Shown piece after piece: positions 27,387-41,106 of a DNA stretch of 64,000 nt. Every line of letters starts with the position of its first letter. The first letter of the stretch is position 1. A model generated the notes under the pieces. That model did no database searches, was not told the origin of the DNA, and saw nothing but the letters and a program-made list of their open reading frames with translations. The DNA is taken from contig OZ024740.1 in assembly GCA_964016885.1 (NCBI GenBank), positions 350,052,001-350,116,000 on the forward strand, given 5' to 3'. This DNA comes from Eledone cirrhosa (Eukaryota). A program made the translations under genes and the position numbers.

Positions 27387-30361
27387 TCATTATCTATAAA
27401 AGGCAGATTTTTGTGTCTGTATGTATGTTTCAATTTTATACATTTACACAATTCCAAAAATATTGAATGAATAATTAAGCAGAATGTTTACAAATATTCT
27501 AACTTGGGTCATGGGCGATCTTATTGGGTAAAAATGCCACAATTACGGAAAAATAGATTTATTTCAACAATCGATGATTTATCCTCTCTCATATGATATA
27601 CGTTTCCTATATCTACTCCCATTCATCACCTCCCCTTAAAATTGCTACCTTCTCTTATAAGTGTTTGTGAAAAAGAGAAACCTTGAAAAAAAACACATAC
27701 ACACATATATGTGGGTGCATACACACACACATATATGTTGGTATGGTTACGATTGACGTCATAGAAACAGGATCGCGGGAATTTCAATCAATCAACGCAT
27801 ACACAGTTTGTTTTAGAAATAACAATAGCATATAATGATAAAGAGATCGGCCTTACACTTTCAAACTAAATTATTCTGTATAAGTAACTCACCCTTTATT
27901 TTTCGATACCCATTTATTTACTAACATTTGTATCACAACAACAATAACAATATTCATAAACAGATAGTAGACTTTCAAAGTCAATTTTTCTGTAGAAGTA
28001 ACTTTCACCCTTTCTTTTGGACATAAAATGCCACCTAAAAAGAGAAGTCGCCTCAGTCGACATACCGCGTCAGCAGTGGCGCAAAAGGCCACTATAGCAA
28101 ACGAGTCCTCTGAGGAAAATGCTTCAAGACTTTCACAGACAGCCTTACATTCAGCAGAATGTCGAGCCGCTGAAAGTTTCCAACAGCGCACCGCACGCCT
28201 AGCCAAAATGGCTTCATACCAGGCTTCTTTCAGGGCTTCAGAGAGCCGTGAACAAAGGTCGAAGCCCCTGGCTAGAAACGCTGCGACTAATGCTGCTTCC
28301 AGGTCTTTGGAACGTTTAAAACAACGGACGGCTCGCCTTCCTACGGACGCTGCGGCTATGACTACTTCCATGGCTTCTGATGATGCAGACGGGCGGTCCA
28401 TTAGCATTGCAAATGTTGCTTCTGCTATTGCTGCCAGACTTTCCCACCAACCACACGACCAATGTTCTACGTTCAAGCGTAACAGTCGACGGCGAGAAGC
28501 TGCACGCGGTGTGACGAGCCCCAACAGCCCTTACTGGCACCTACGGGCTTTCAAGTATGAGCAAAACGTTAATTACTCGATGCGCTCTGACATAAATATA
28601 GGCGAGATGCGCTTCAATTGCCGATTCTGCAATGCTACAAAGTGGGCTGGGGAGCCACCTGCAATGTGCTGCTTAAACGGTAACGTCACCTTGCCCCCTC
28701 TTCCGGAACCGCCAGAGCCTTTGAAGGAACTACAGACTGGTTATACCTCAAGGTCAAAAAAAAAAAAACCCCGGATCTCCCCAATAAAAAACGCTCCTGG
28801 GGGTACCGGAAAAACTTTTGTAACGAATTTGATTCTCGCTAAGATTCGTCAGGAGAAAAAAGTTGCGTTGTCCGTTGCATCGTCCGGGATCGCTGATACT
28901 TTGCTGCGGGGAGGCAGGACAGCACATTCAACCTTTAAACTCCCTTTGGGTTTAGTAAAAACTGAGACACCAACATGCAATATCAGCAAGAGTTCACACA
29001 AAGCTCTGGTTTTCAAAAGATGTTGCCTCATTGTTTGGGATGAGTGCACATTGGCACACAAGGGTGCCCTTGAGGCATTGGACAGGGCCCGGAAAGACAT
29101 TAGGGATTCTACGGCTCCTATGGGTGGCGTAGCCCTTCTGCTATCAGGGGATTTTCGGAAAACGCTGCCTGTCATCCCCAAATGGACAAGAGCTGATGAA
29201 GTGCGTGCCTGTCTTAAATCGTCCATGTTGTGGCTCCATGTGAATTATTTTGTACCTGAGCACAAATATGCGTGCTCATTTGCATGGTGACAACATGTCT
29301 GCAGCACAGAACATTTTAGCACTTGGTGAGGACAAGATCCCTGCGGATGACAAGGACGGCATAGCAATCGACACCCTGTGCAACATTGTGAGCAGCCCTT
29401 CTGACCTTTGGGAAGCAGTTTTTCCTAATGTCTCATCTAACTTTAAAAACCTCGATTGGCTCAGCGAAAGAGCCATCCTTGCTCCGAAAAATACCATGGT
29501 TAATTTTATTAACGAGCAGCTGATTGAGAAGATTCCCGGTAAAGAGCACATCTTCAAATCAGACCCCGACGATATCGTTAATTATCCGGTTGAGTTATTA
29601 AATCTCCTTGAGCCCCCAGGGCTCCCACCTAACATTATTAAGCTTAGGGTTGGCTGTCCCATTATGCTAATAAGGAACTTGCGTCCACCAAAGCAGTGCA
29701 ACGGTACTCGCATGGTCGTCAAGTCACTGACACCCACTTGATTGAGGCTGCCATTGTAACGGGGTGCGGAAGAGGGGAGAATGTTTTCATTCCAAGGATG
29801 AACCTTTTCCCCTCGGCGTCAGATATCCCGTTCGATTTCCGACGATCCCAATTCCCGGAGAGACCATGTTTTGCAATGTCCATTAACAAGTCACAAGGGC
29901 AAACATTGTCGGTGGCGGGCATCCATTTGGAGGAGCCATGCTTCTCCCATGGCCAACTTTATGTTGCCTGTTCCCGCGCAGGGAGCAGGAATAGACTTTT
30001 TGTTTACTCTCCTCAAGGGATGACACGCAATATCGTCTACAAAGAGCTGCTATAGATGTTGGTGCAGGTGTTGGAGCTATGCCGTCTGGAACACTATTTC
30101 CTGGTAGGGTATCCCATGGCGGACAGATCTGACATCCAGCGGCATCATCTTGCAACTTTGGTCTACTAAATTCGCTATTGGAGGATTATTAACCCATCAT
30201 TGATTGACCAAAATGCTAATTGGTTCGTAACTTTTAATAACCGGTTCAACTGCTTTATGCACTTAATTGATAAGCTTATTAGCTTTCAAATCACGTTTAC
30301 CTGTATGTAACTTTTCATAGCAAATGAACAAAACCCGAGCAACGCCGGGCTAAACTGCTAG
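27387..30361 (+). mobile_element. Helitron, internally deleted
   Basis: 5' A|TC start; 3' hairpin CCCG-agcaacgc-CGGG followed by CTAG|T at 30358-30361; RepHel-like coding remnants. Confidence 0.88.
28028..30055 (+). pseudogene. Helitron RepHel remnant: N-terminal region + Zn-finger fused to a PIF1-family helicase; Rep domain absent; frameshifted
   Basis: CRFCNATKW...MCCLNG, then APGGTGKT, ASSGIA, GGRTAHSTFKLP, IVWDE, GDFR, STNMR, ILAPKN, LIRNL...CNGTR, FAMSINKSQGQT, HGQLYVACSR. Confidence 0.9.
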
Positions 30362-30419
30362 TATGTATGTATGTATGTATGTATGTATGTATGTATGTAT
30401 GTATGTATGTATGTATGTA

Positions 30420-30479
<60 letters not shown>

Positions 30480-30527
30480 TATGTATGTATGTATATATAT
30501 ATGTATATATATATATATATATGTATG

Positions 30528-30559
<32 letters not shown>

Positions 30560-31207
30560 TGTATAAATATATATATATGTATATATATATATATGTATGT
30601 ATGTATATATATATATGTATATATATATATGTATAAATATGTATATGTATGTATGTATATATATATATGTATAAATATATATATGTATGTATGTATATAT
30701 ATATGTATATATATATATATGTATCTATGTATATATATATGTATGTATATATATATATATGTATGTATGTATATATTTATGTATGTATCTATGTATGTAT
30801 ATATATATGTATGTATATATATATGTATGTATATATATATATGTATGTATATATATGTATATGTATGTCTATATATATGTATGTCTATATATATATATGT
30901 ATGTATGTATATATATATATATATGTATATATATATGTATATATATGTATGTATGTATATATATATGTATATATATATATATGTATATATATATATCTAT
31001 ATATATGTATATATATATGTATATATATATATATATATGAATGTATATATGTATGTATATATATATATGTATATATATATGTATATATATATGTATGTAT
31101 ATATATATGTATGTATATATATATATGTATATATATATGTATATATATATATGTATATATATATGTATATATATACATATATACATACATATATATATAT
31201 ATACATA
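30362..31207. repeat. (TATG)n/(TA)n microsatellite
   Basis: Seen directly. Confidence 0.97.
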
Positions 31208-31247
31208 CATAATGCATGCGCCCTATATCCTGAGAATTTAATTATTA

Positions 31248-31345
31248 CTTTCCTTGTTGACAATCCAATAATATCCACTTTCCGTGACTTACCATCTGAT
31301 TAATTGGTGAAATATATTTCTTTAATGGGATATATACAAGGAATG
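31248..31345 (+). ncRNA. Type I hammerhead, U3-A8 core variant (copy 1)
   Basis: CTTTCCTTG-TTGACAA-tCCAAT...ATTGGt-GAAA-TATATTTC(tttaat)GGGATATA-TA-CAAGGAATG; predicted cut after 31336. Confidence 0.8.
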
Positions 31346-31783
31346 GTTAATCACACTTAAAGGTAAATATTACCTATATTAGCTATGCGTGGTTACACGC
31401 AAGCAAAAATTATCTCCTGTGATTATTCATGTATATTCATATGTTAATCAATCTCTAGTTATTATAATATGCTCAGATTTATTTATCTTTGAGCATAAAT
31501 TCCCAGGATATATGGCGCATGCATTATGTCATGACACCCATGACTTCGATTTAGATTAAATTCATTTAATTCATTTATCTTAATTTTGGACTTAGATATA
31601 TATATAGGGCTCCTTAATTGTAGAGCTATTTCTGTTGAAAAGAATTTGACTGCTATTTCTAGTTGTCGAATATCTTTTCACGCCACTGAAACGAAACCGC
31701 TATCTTGTGTGGACGCAACACGTGGTGACGGCTAGTTGAAGATATGATCTCTCTCTGTAAGCACGAATAGCTGGAAATTATTA

Positions 31784-31881
31784 CTTTCCTTGTTGACAAT
31801 CCAATAATATCCACTTTCCGTGACTTACCATCTGATTAATTGGTGAAATATATTTCTTTAATGGGATATATACAAGGAAAG
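31784..31881 (+). ncRNA. Type I hammerhead, U3-A8 core variant (copy 2)
   Basis: Perfect 9-bp stem I CTTTCCTTG/CAAGGAAAG; predicted cut after 31872. Confidence 0.85.
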
Positions 31882-32319
31882 GTTAATCACACTTAAAGGT
31901 AAATATTACTTATACTAGCTATGCGTGGTTACACGCAAGCAAAAATTATCTCCTGTGATTATTCATGTATATTTATATGTTAATCAATCTCTAGTTATTA
32001 TAATATGCTCAGATTTATTTATCTTTGAGCTTAAATTGCCAGGATATATGGCGCATGCATTATGTCATGACACCCATGATTTCAATTTAGATTAAATTCA
32101 TTTAATTCATTTATCTTAATTTTGGACTTAGATATATATATAGGGCTCCTTAATTGTAGAGCTATTTCTGTTGAAAAGAATTTGACTGCTATTTCTAGTT
32201 GTCGAATACCTTTTCACGCCATTGAAACGAAACCGCTATATTGTGGGGACGCAACACATGTTGACTGCTAGTTGAAGATTTGATCTCACTCTGTAAGCAC
32301 GAATAGCTGGAAATTATTA

Positions 32320-32417
32320 CTTTCCTTGTTGACAATCCAATAATATCCACTTTCCGTGACTTACCTTCTGATTAATTGTTGAAATATATTTCTTTAATGG
32401 GATATATACAAGGAAAG
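32320..32417 (+). ncRNA. Type I hammerhead, U3-A8 core variant (copy 3, stem II substitution)
   Basis: As copy 2 but ATTGT instead of ATTGG; predicted cut after 32408. Confidence 0.75.
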
Positions 32418-32924
32418 GTTAATCACACTTAAAGGTAAACATTACCTATACTAGCTATGCGTGGTTACACGCAAGCAAAAATTATCTCCTGTGATAATTC
32501 ATGTATATTTATATGTTAATCAATCTCTAGTTATTATAATATGCTCAGATTTATTTATCTTTGAGCTTAAATTCCCAGGATATATGGCGCATGCATATGT
32601 CATGACACCCATGATTTCGATTTAGATTAAATTCATTTAATTCATTTATCTTAATTTCGGACTTAGATATATATATAGGGCTCCTTAATTGTAGAGCTAT
32701 TTCTGTTGAAAAGAATTTGACTGCTATTTCTAGTTGTCGAATACCTTTTCACGCCACTGAAACGAAACCGCTATCTTGTGTGTACGCAATACGTGGTGAC
32801 GGCTAGATTTCGATTTAGATTAAATTCATTTAATTCATTTATCTTAAATTTGGTCTTAGATATATATGTATATATATATGTATATATATATGTATATGTA
32901 TATATGTATATATATATATATATA

Positions 32925-33801
32925 TTTCGTTTCTGAATTTGTTTAGCAAGATTCTTTATCTGAAATCGTGTGTTGAAACCGATATTGTTATACTTTGGGA
33001 GGGTCATGTTGCCAATAAGAAACACACGCACCAGTTGCTTTCACTTCAATTTATTATAATAAATTTATAAATTTATAAATTTCTGGTTGGTTGGTTGGTT
33101 CCACAACCAGATAGTTGTTTATATATTGTCATAGTTCTTTCGTCACACACTCTGTGACCTCTTCAGTGACTGGGGATTCTTTTCTTTGTTTTTGTGCCTC
33201 TCCTTTGTTCTGTCCTACGCCATTTTGTTTCTGTGTGTGTGTTGTGTGCTCAGTCAGCGCATGCGCCACATCCGGGTGTCTGTGTGTGTTTATGTTCATT
33301 TATTTATTTGTTTATTTACATGTTACTGGTTGGTTGTTTGTTCTATGTGTGTGTGTGTTTTCATTTTGTCCTTAATTGTAAGTTGTGATGTTGCTGTTCC
33401 ACTCATATTTTCTATTTAATTTTGGTTGTAATTCTTTTATGTTTATTGACTCTGTGATTTGTCTAAACATTGCGTCTTTTCTGTGTGTAGATTCTATTTT
33501 TATTTCTATGTTCTCTAATTTACCCTTGTGTTCTATTTTAGCATGTTGGTAGAGTACAGATGATTCTTTACTATCTTGAAGGTCTCGCCAGTGTTCATTT
33601 ATCCGTTCTCCTACACTACGAGCTGTCTCACCTATGTACACTATATTTTTGTCTCTACATTGTCCTTCAGTACATCTTATGCTATACACTACATTTCTAG
33701 TTTTACAGTTAATATGGGGGCTTATTTTACAGGTTATACATTTCTTATCTATACATGTGCGTGTGTTACTTATTGACAACATGACCCTCCCAAAGTATAA
33801 C

Positions 33802-33803
<2 letters not shown>
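32925..33803. mobile_element. N2 PLE: 5'-truncated minus copy with GIY-YIG coding end and HHR (33127-33171), plus short inverted piece 33757-33803
   Basis: KKCITC...NVVYSIRC...[16 protein letters not shown]...LNRKYEW, homologous to N1. Confidence 0.88.
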
Positions 33804-33838
<35 letters not shown>

Positions 33839-33843
33839 ATATT

Positions 33844-33944
<101 letters not shown>

Positions 33945-33984
33945 GATATTAATAAATGGAAACTATATTTATAAAACCATATTT

Positions 33985-34047
33985 ATTTCATTATACATAT
34001 TTCAGGGATACCAAATTAAATTATGGTATGCCTTCATCAGACAAAAT
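33985..34047 (-). ncRNA. Type I hammerhead, family C
   Basis: ATTTTGT-CTGATGA-AGG.ATACCA..TGGTAT.CCT-GAAA-TATGTA-TA-ATGAAAT. Confidence 0.8.
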
Positions 34048-35989
34048 ACAATATATAACAGTTTTACAAATAAGCTTTGACGTACCCTTTTAAAATGCAA
34101 CCTTTATTTTTGGAAGCCATCTGGATAGTGAATTGTTTATATTATTTTAATAAGTCTTAGTGTTAAGGACAATTAGAAAAAGGCGGAGAGAAAGAAAAAA
34201 GAAAAAAGAAAAAAGAAAAAAGAAAAAAGAAAAAAGAAAAAAGAAAAAAGAAAAAAGAAAAAAGAAAAAAGAAAAAAGAAAAAAGAAAAAAGAAAAAAGA
34301 AAAGAAAAAACGCGGAGAAATATCGGAGAGAGAGAAATGCATGGAGAAAAAAGAGAGAGATAAATAAAGACAGGAGGAAAGAAAGAAAAAAGAAAAAAGG
34401 AAGAAATAAGAAAAACAGAGGAAAGCAACAGAGAGATATCAAGTCATCAGACAGATAGAAAGACTCAAGAGAGAGAAATCATATATAGAGAGAGGGGGAG
34501 ATAATGAAAACTTTACGTCATGTCATATTAAGTTGAGTTAACAATTTATATGAAATGAATAATAAAAATATTAATATTAATATTCATGAATGGGACATAA
34601 ATATATAATATCAGAAATTAAACATTGTTTAATAATGATTATATGTTTAGTTTAAAACTTGAGATCAATATACTAAAATTTGAGTTTAAGCATCCAAAAT
34701 GTACACATTGCTAGAGAAATCACTATCTTACGGCAAAGATAGACAAATATATATATATATATATATATATACGCACGACGTGAAAATAGAAATTATATCT
34801 ACTCAGGTCTACAATATAGACATACAAAACGCAAATGATTTCTCTTAATCACTGCTATACATTCCTTGTGTTATAAAAAGTTCACAGTATATATACATAA
34901 ATATATACGATTAACATTCATGCCTTCATATATACGATTACCATTCATGCATTTAACATTCTGTTAAAATTATGCATATCTGCAATCAAAACTGCGTGGG
35001 TAGGCATGCACACACATAACTCTCACCCACACACATACATATACATATATATATATACACATACATATGTATAAATAAATATTTGCGTACGTCTTCACCA
35101 ATTGTTAGACCTGCATCGCTCATGTACACATACAGATAGATATACAATCATAAAAAAAACATATAACACTTTTATATGCATGTTAATACACACATGCACA
35201 TTTGTATAGAGATAATCAAATATCAATATATTACTAAAGGATTATACTTTGGAAATATAATTATAACAATATAAATTTAAAATACCAAAGGATTATATTT
35301 TGGAAATACAATTATATCAGTATAGTCTAAAGGACAAACGAATTCTAGAAATATCAAAACATTAAATATCCTTAAAACACTATAGAGTATCTTAAGTTAA
35401 AATAATGTTTCATATATTTAGTATAGAAATTTATCTTACGTATATTTTAATCAAGATATTGAAAGGGTAGACTTATGAAAATTATGAGAAGCTATCAGAA
35501 TCAAAACAAACCTAATAAAAAATAAAAAAAATAAAAATAAAAATAAAAATAAAAATAAAAATAAAAATAAAAATAAAAATAAAAATAAAAATAAAAATAA
35601 AAATAAAAATAAAAATAAAAATAAAAATAAAAGTTAAATAAATATTATATCAATATAATTTAAAAATTTAAAAATTAAAAAAGTTTAAAAAATTAAAAAA
35701 TTAAAAAATTAAAAAATTAAAAAATTAAAAAATTAAAAAATTAAAAAATTAAAAAATTAAAAAATTTAAAAAATTTAAAAAAGCCAAGGATTCTACAGAT
35801 ATCCTTATATTTAGTATATAAATTTATCTTACGTATATTTTATTTAAGACATTGGAAGTATAAACATTTTAGAGTAATTTATTATATCTATGTTTATATT
35901 TAGGAAGAAAATTTAAAAAGAAAAAGGTGAAGGAATCTAATGATTTATCGACAGGTTTCGTATATTAACTAAATTACTTAATTAATTAT

Positions 35990-38219
35990 ACTACATTTTA
36001 AATTTATACTTATATTTAAACGTTGAGTTCAATCTATGTCTGCAGCAACTGAATAAATTATTCCTTAAATTAAGGGAATTTTTGGACTTTAATATAAAGA
36101 ATATTTCTTCAATACAAAGATTACAATTTTCTGAAGAGGAATTAAAAGGAGTAGCTTATTAAATAATATTCCAATTCATCGAATATTTAACATTATCTCG
36201 TTTTAGGTCCCATAGTAGGCTAGATAGCGAAGTTGAAGATTTTTTGTTTGGATCTGTGAAAGAATTTTTATGATTATTGAAGCGAAATTTAAATTCTGTA
36301 GAGGTAGAACCGACATAGTTAAATGAATTTAAATTAGTTTTAACATTAAAATTGTACACTACATTTTTAGCTAAGCAGTTGTTATTTAACGGACAGTTAG
36401 ATTTATTTCTACAGTTACAGTTATTCAATTGAATATTGTTTGGGTTATTATTGGTATTTTGGTTAGGTTTTAAGTTTCTATTATTAATTCTATTAATATT
36501 TTGTGCTAACATTTTGGTGGACGAGTAAGTTAATTTTATAGTATGTCTATTAAAAATTGAGTAATATTTATGTGTTCTAGGGAAGCGTTTGTCAAGAGCT
36601 TTAAAGAATAGTTTAGCAATAGGGGTTTTAATATTTAGTGAGAAAGGGGGAGCAAACCATAATATATTTCTAGTTCTATTTCTTTTTCAGCTTTTGGAAT
36701 TATTGTAATGTTTTCTATTATAGTTGTTAAAGTTGTTACCATAATTAAAATTGTTATTATTTTGGTTAGTTTGCTTATTATTATTATTATCGATGTATTT
36801 AATTTTATTTCTATATCCAGCTCTACCTAACGCTTCGTTGTAATACTGCGCTTTTTCATCAACTATATTTTTATTAGATGAAATTCTTGAAATTCGTTCT
36901 TGAACAGAGTTCACTATAGTATTTTTAACAGATCTGGGGTGATTAGAGTTAAAATTAACATAATTCACGTTCTCATTTAGTTTGTGAAATGGATAATGAA
37001 GACATGTGTTGAGATTTAGTCTTACATCAAGAAAATTGACTATTTTATGGTTATTCTCTATTTCTACTTTTAGATTAAGGTAATTAAAAAATTGTATAAT
37101 TTGTTTTCTTTTTCTATTTAGTTCACAGCTATTATTTTCTATAAGTAAAAGCATGTCATCACGATATAAGCCCCCAGTTACACCTGGTATTTTTCTATGT
37201 AGCAAATTAATTATAAATAGGCCCACAAGGTCCGTTACCTGAGCTGAGTCTGATGATCCCATAGTTATGTCGAAATTATTATTTCTATCTGCCCTAGTCC
37301 AGAGTTGGTTATTAAATTCTATCAATGTTTTCCTTGCCGATAATATAATGTGCATTTCATTGCTAGTTAGGTCTGTATGTTTAAATGCGTAATTTAGTGC
37401 CTTATTCAGTAGATTAGGAGTGATAGATGAATAGTAGTTAGCAATATCCAGCTGAATAAACTTATTATTATAGTTATATTTAATTTCTTTAAACCAATCG
37501 ATAACCTCACTAGTCCCTTTCCATAATTTTAAGTAAGATAAATTAGGTAAGTTTTTAATTTGTTGTATTATTCTGTCTAGAATATTTTTGCTAAGTTTGC
37601 CCAGGTCAGATTTAGATGGTGCAATTAATCTGACTGGTAAATCATTTTCAAAGTTTCTTTTGTGATCTTTCATATTGATCTTAGGTTTCCTAGGCATGAA
37701 AGGTTGTGTTTTATTCTCAATGTCTAATTCATGCATTATACAAGTTGCATCTGTATTCAGTTTTTCAAGTTCGTTCTTATTTGCTACCTTGTACTTTTTC
37801 CTTAGTTCCTTCAATATAAGGTCGTTATAAATGTCCTTTTGTATTCCATAAAGATTATTAGTTTTGTCCGACTTCACTAGAATTTTCTCTGTTTTCTCCA
37901 AGTTTTCAATATTATCCTTAATACTTCTTAAGTAATCCTGGCCTTTGAAGTTTTTTTTGAATTTGATGCCTTGGATGATAGATATGATATCATTTTCAAA
38001 ATCCATTAGTAGTTTGTTGGGGGGTGGATTTTTTTTAGATTTGAAAATTTTATCCAGATTTGAAACATTTTCATTTAGATTAGATTTATCAAAGTGGAAA
38101 GCACGCCACCTGATTCTTCTTATAAAAGAGTCTGATTTTTCTATTAATTGTTTAATAAAATCTTTGTTCCTAGGTAGAGGTATGTCTTTTAGAGAAGAAG
38201 AGATCTTAAAGAATTCCAT
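35990..38219 (-). pseudogene. Family C RT + GIY-YIG ORF, frameshifted near 36690 and 36160
   Basis: MEFFKISSSLKDIP, SDKTNNLY, LDIANYYSSI, TMGSSDS, LYRDD, WFAPPF, CNCRNKSNCPL, YVGSTSTEFKFRFNNH, CNLCIEE. Confidence 0.9.
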
Positions 38220-38400
38220 TTTTTCAGTTATAATGTAAAGCGCTCAACAATACAGGAGCAGAATATATGCAAAAGTTCTATTTAAAATTGTTGGGATACA
38301 ACAAGTAAATATTTTTATAACTGATATAAAGCACTCGACAAGTATTTGGAGTAGATATACGATATTAATAAATGGAAACTATATTTATAAAACCATATTT

Positions 38401-38463
38401 ATTTCATTATACATATTTCAGGGATACCAAATTAAATTATGGTATGCCTTCATCAGACAAAAT
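38401..38463 (-). ncRNA. Type I hammerhead, family C upstream pLTR
   Basis: Same as 33985-34047. Confidence 0.8.
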
Positions 38464-38868
38464 ACAATATATAACAGTTTTACAAATAAGCTTTGACGTA
38501 CCCTTTTAAAATGCAACCATTACTTTTGGAAGCCATCTGGATAGTGAATTGTTTATATTATTTTAATAAGTCTTAGTGTTAAGGACAATTAGAAAAAGGC
38601 GGTGAGAAAGAAAAAAGAAAAAAGAAAAAAGAAAAAAGAAAAAAGAAAAAAGAAAAAAGAAAAAAGAAAAAAGAAAAAAGAAAAAAGAAAAAAGAAAAAA
38701 GAAAAAAGAAAAAAGAAAAAAGAAAAAAGAAAAAAGAAAAAGAAAAAACGTGGAGAAATATCGGAGAGAGAGAAATGCATGGAGAAAAAAGAGAGAGATA
38801 AATAAAGACAGGAGGAAAGAAAGAAAAAAGAAAAAAGGAAGAAATAAGAAAAACAGAAGAAAGCAACA

Positions 38869-39166
38869 CTAAGACTTAAGATTATGTAGGAAGCTGGTTT
38901 GGTAGCTTCCTACATAATGGTCGCTCATACTTATGGTACGTCAAAATTATTTATAAAACTGTTTATATATTGTATTTTATCTGACGAAGGCATGCCATAT
39001 TTTTAATATGATATCCCCGAAATATGTATAATGAAATAAATATGGTTTTGTAAATATAGTTTCCATTTGTTTAATATCGTATATCTACTCCAAAAACTTG
39101 TCGAGTGCTTTATATCAGTTATAAAATATTTACTTGTTGTAACCCAACAATTTTAAATAAAACTTT

Positions 39167-39168
<2 letters not shown>
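38869..39168 (+). mobile_element. pLTR fragment of sister subfamily C' with HHR at 38974-39037
   Basis: Similar to the reverse complement of 38265-38502 with many substitutions; CTGACGA...GAAA-TATGTA-TA; perfect 15-bp hairpin at 38881-38918. Confidence 0.82.
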
Positions 39169-39231
<63 letters not shown>

Positions 39232-39305
39232 GTATATATATATATATATGTATATATATATGTATATGTATATATATATATGTATATATATATATATGTA
39301 TATGA

Positions 39306-39341
<36 letters not shown>

Positions 39342-39380
39342 GTATATGTATATATATATATGTATATGTATATATATATG

Positions 39381-39411
<31 letters not shown>

Positions 39412-39555
39412 GTATATATGTATATATATATATGTATATATATATGTATATATATATGTATATATATATGTATAAATATATATATGTATATATATACATA
39501 TACATATATATATATATACACATATATATATATACATACACATATATATATATAC

Positions 39556-39604
<49 letters not shown>

Positions 39605-39608
<4 letters not shown>

Positions 39609-39857
39609 AAAGTTTTATTTAAAATTGTTGGGTTACAACAAGTAAATATTTTATAACTGATATAAAGCACTCGACAAGTTTTTGGAGTAGATATACGATA
39701 TTAAACAAATGGAAACTATATTTACAAAACCATATTTATTTCATTATACATATTTCGGGGATACCATATTAAAAATATGGCATGCCTTCGTCAGATAAAA
39801 TACAATATATAAACAGTTTATAAATAATTTTGACGTACCATAAGTATGAGCGACCAT
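39605..39857 (-). mobile_element. pLTR fragment of subfamily C' with HHR at 39738-39801
   Basis: Near-identical reverse complement of 38918-39168. Confidence 0.82.
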
Positions 39858-40081
39858 ATATATACCTATACATATATATATACATATATATATTTATACA
39901 TATACATTTATATATACATATATATATACATATATATATGTATATATAAATGTATATGTATAAATATATATATGTATATATATATGTATATATATATGTA
40001 TATATATATGTATATATATATGTATATATATATATATATATGTTATATATATATGTATATATATATATGTTATTATATATG

Positions 40082-40188
<107 letters not shown>

Positions 40189-40189
40189 G

Positions 40190-40224
<35 letters not shown>

Positions 40225-40271
40225 GCATATGTATATATATATATGTATATATATATGTATATATATATATG

Positions 40272-40304
<33 letters not shown>

Positions 40305-40359
40305 GTATATATATATGTATATATAAATATGTATATATATATATATATGTATATATATG

Positions 40360-40390
<31 letters not shown>

Positions 40391-40509
40391 GTATATATAT
40401 GTATATGTATATATGTATATGTATATATATGTATATATATATATATGTATATATATATATGTATATATATATATATGTATATATATATATGTATATATAT
40501 ATGTATATG

Positions 40510-40543
<34 letters not shown>

Positions 40544-40725
40544 GAAGTGGATGGATACTTCAACAGGTACAATGTACTTGTAGAAATATTCAAGTTGTTT
40601 ATAATACATGTGGTTCAATGGCACTAATTCGAGATACCAGAACAATATAAAAGTAGCGAAACAAACGGTTATTAAACAATTTTCTAAATAAATTAAAAAA
40701 TGATTAAATAATCACCTGTTCAGAT

Positions 40726-40806
40726 GCTGTTACCGACGGTTTCATCATTCCGAAAGATTGGAAATCCAACGAATTTCCAATGGAAAGAAATGAATCTTCA
40801 GACAGC
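40726..40806 (-). ncRNA. Mirror copy of the 41026-41106 hammerhead
   Basis: Exact reverse complement. Confidence 0.88.
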
Positions 40807-41025
40807 CCTATTTCCACGCTATAAGGTATAGCAAGTAAATATTATGCTCCCTGCCCAACGCATGCGGTCAAGCCGTTAAAGTGACACACACGCAAATCAG
40901 GTCGCTGATAAAAGCTGGATATATCAGCGACCTGATTTGCGTGTGTGTCACTTTAACGGCTTGACCGCATGCGTTGGGCAGGGAGCATAATATTTACTTG
41001 CTATACCTTATAGCGTGGAAATAGG

Positions 41026-41106
41026 GCTGTCTGAAGATTCATTTCTTTCCATTGGAAATTCGTTGGATTTCCAATCTTTCGGAATGATGAAACCGTCGGT
41101 AACAGC
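41026..41106 (+). ncRNA. Type I hammerhead with branched stem II
   Basis: GCTGT-CTGAAGA-tTCATTTC[TTTCCA-t-TGGAAA; TTGGA-tt-TCCAA]GGAATGAt-GAAA-CCGTCGG-TA-ACAGC. Confidence 0.88.

Larger units (their letters stand above)
31208..32840 (+). mobile_element. Tandem array of ~3 x 536-bp non-coding units, each with a hammerhead (non-LTR retrozyme-like)
   Basis: Unit starts at 31241, 31777, 32313; no ORF; 31208-31240 is an inverted piece of 31495-31528; flanked by (TA)n. Confidence 0.88.

Noticed and set aside
34147-34442. Lys/Phe-rich ORFs (also 38579-38869)
   Set aside because: Translations of the (GAAAAAA)n repeat in the pLTR
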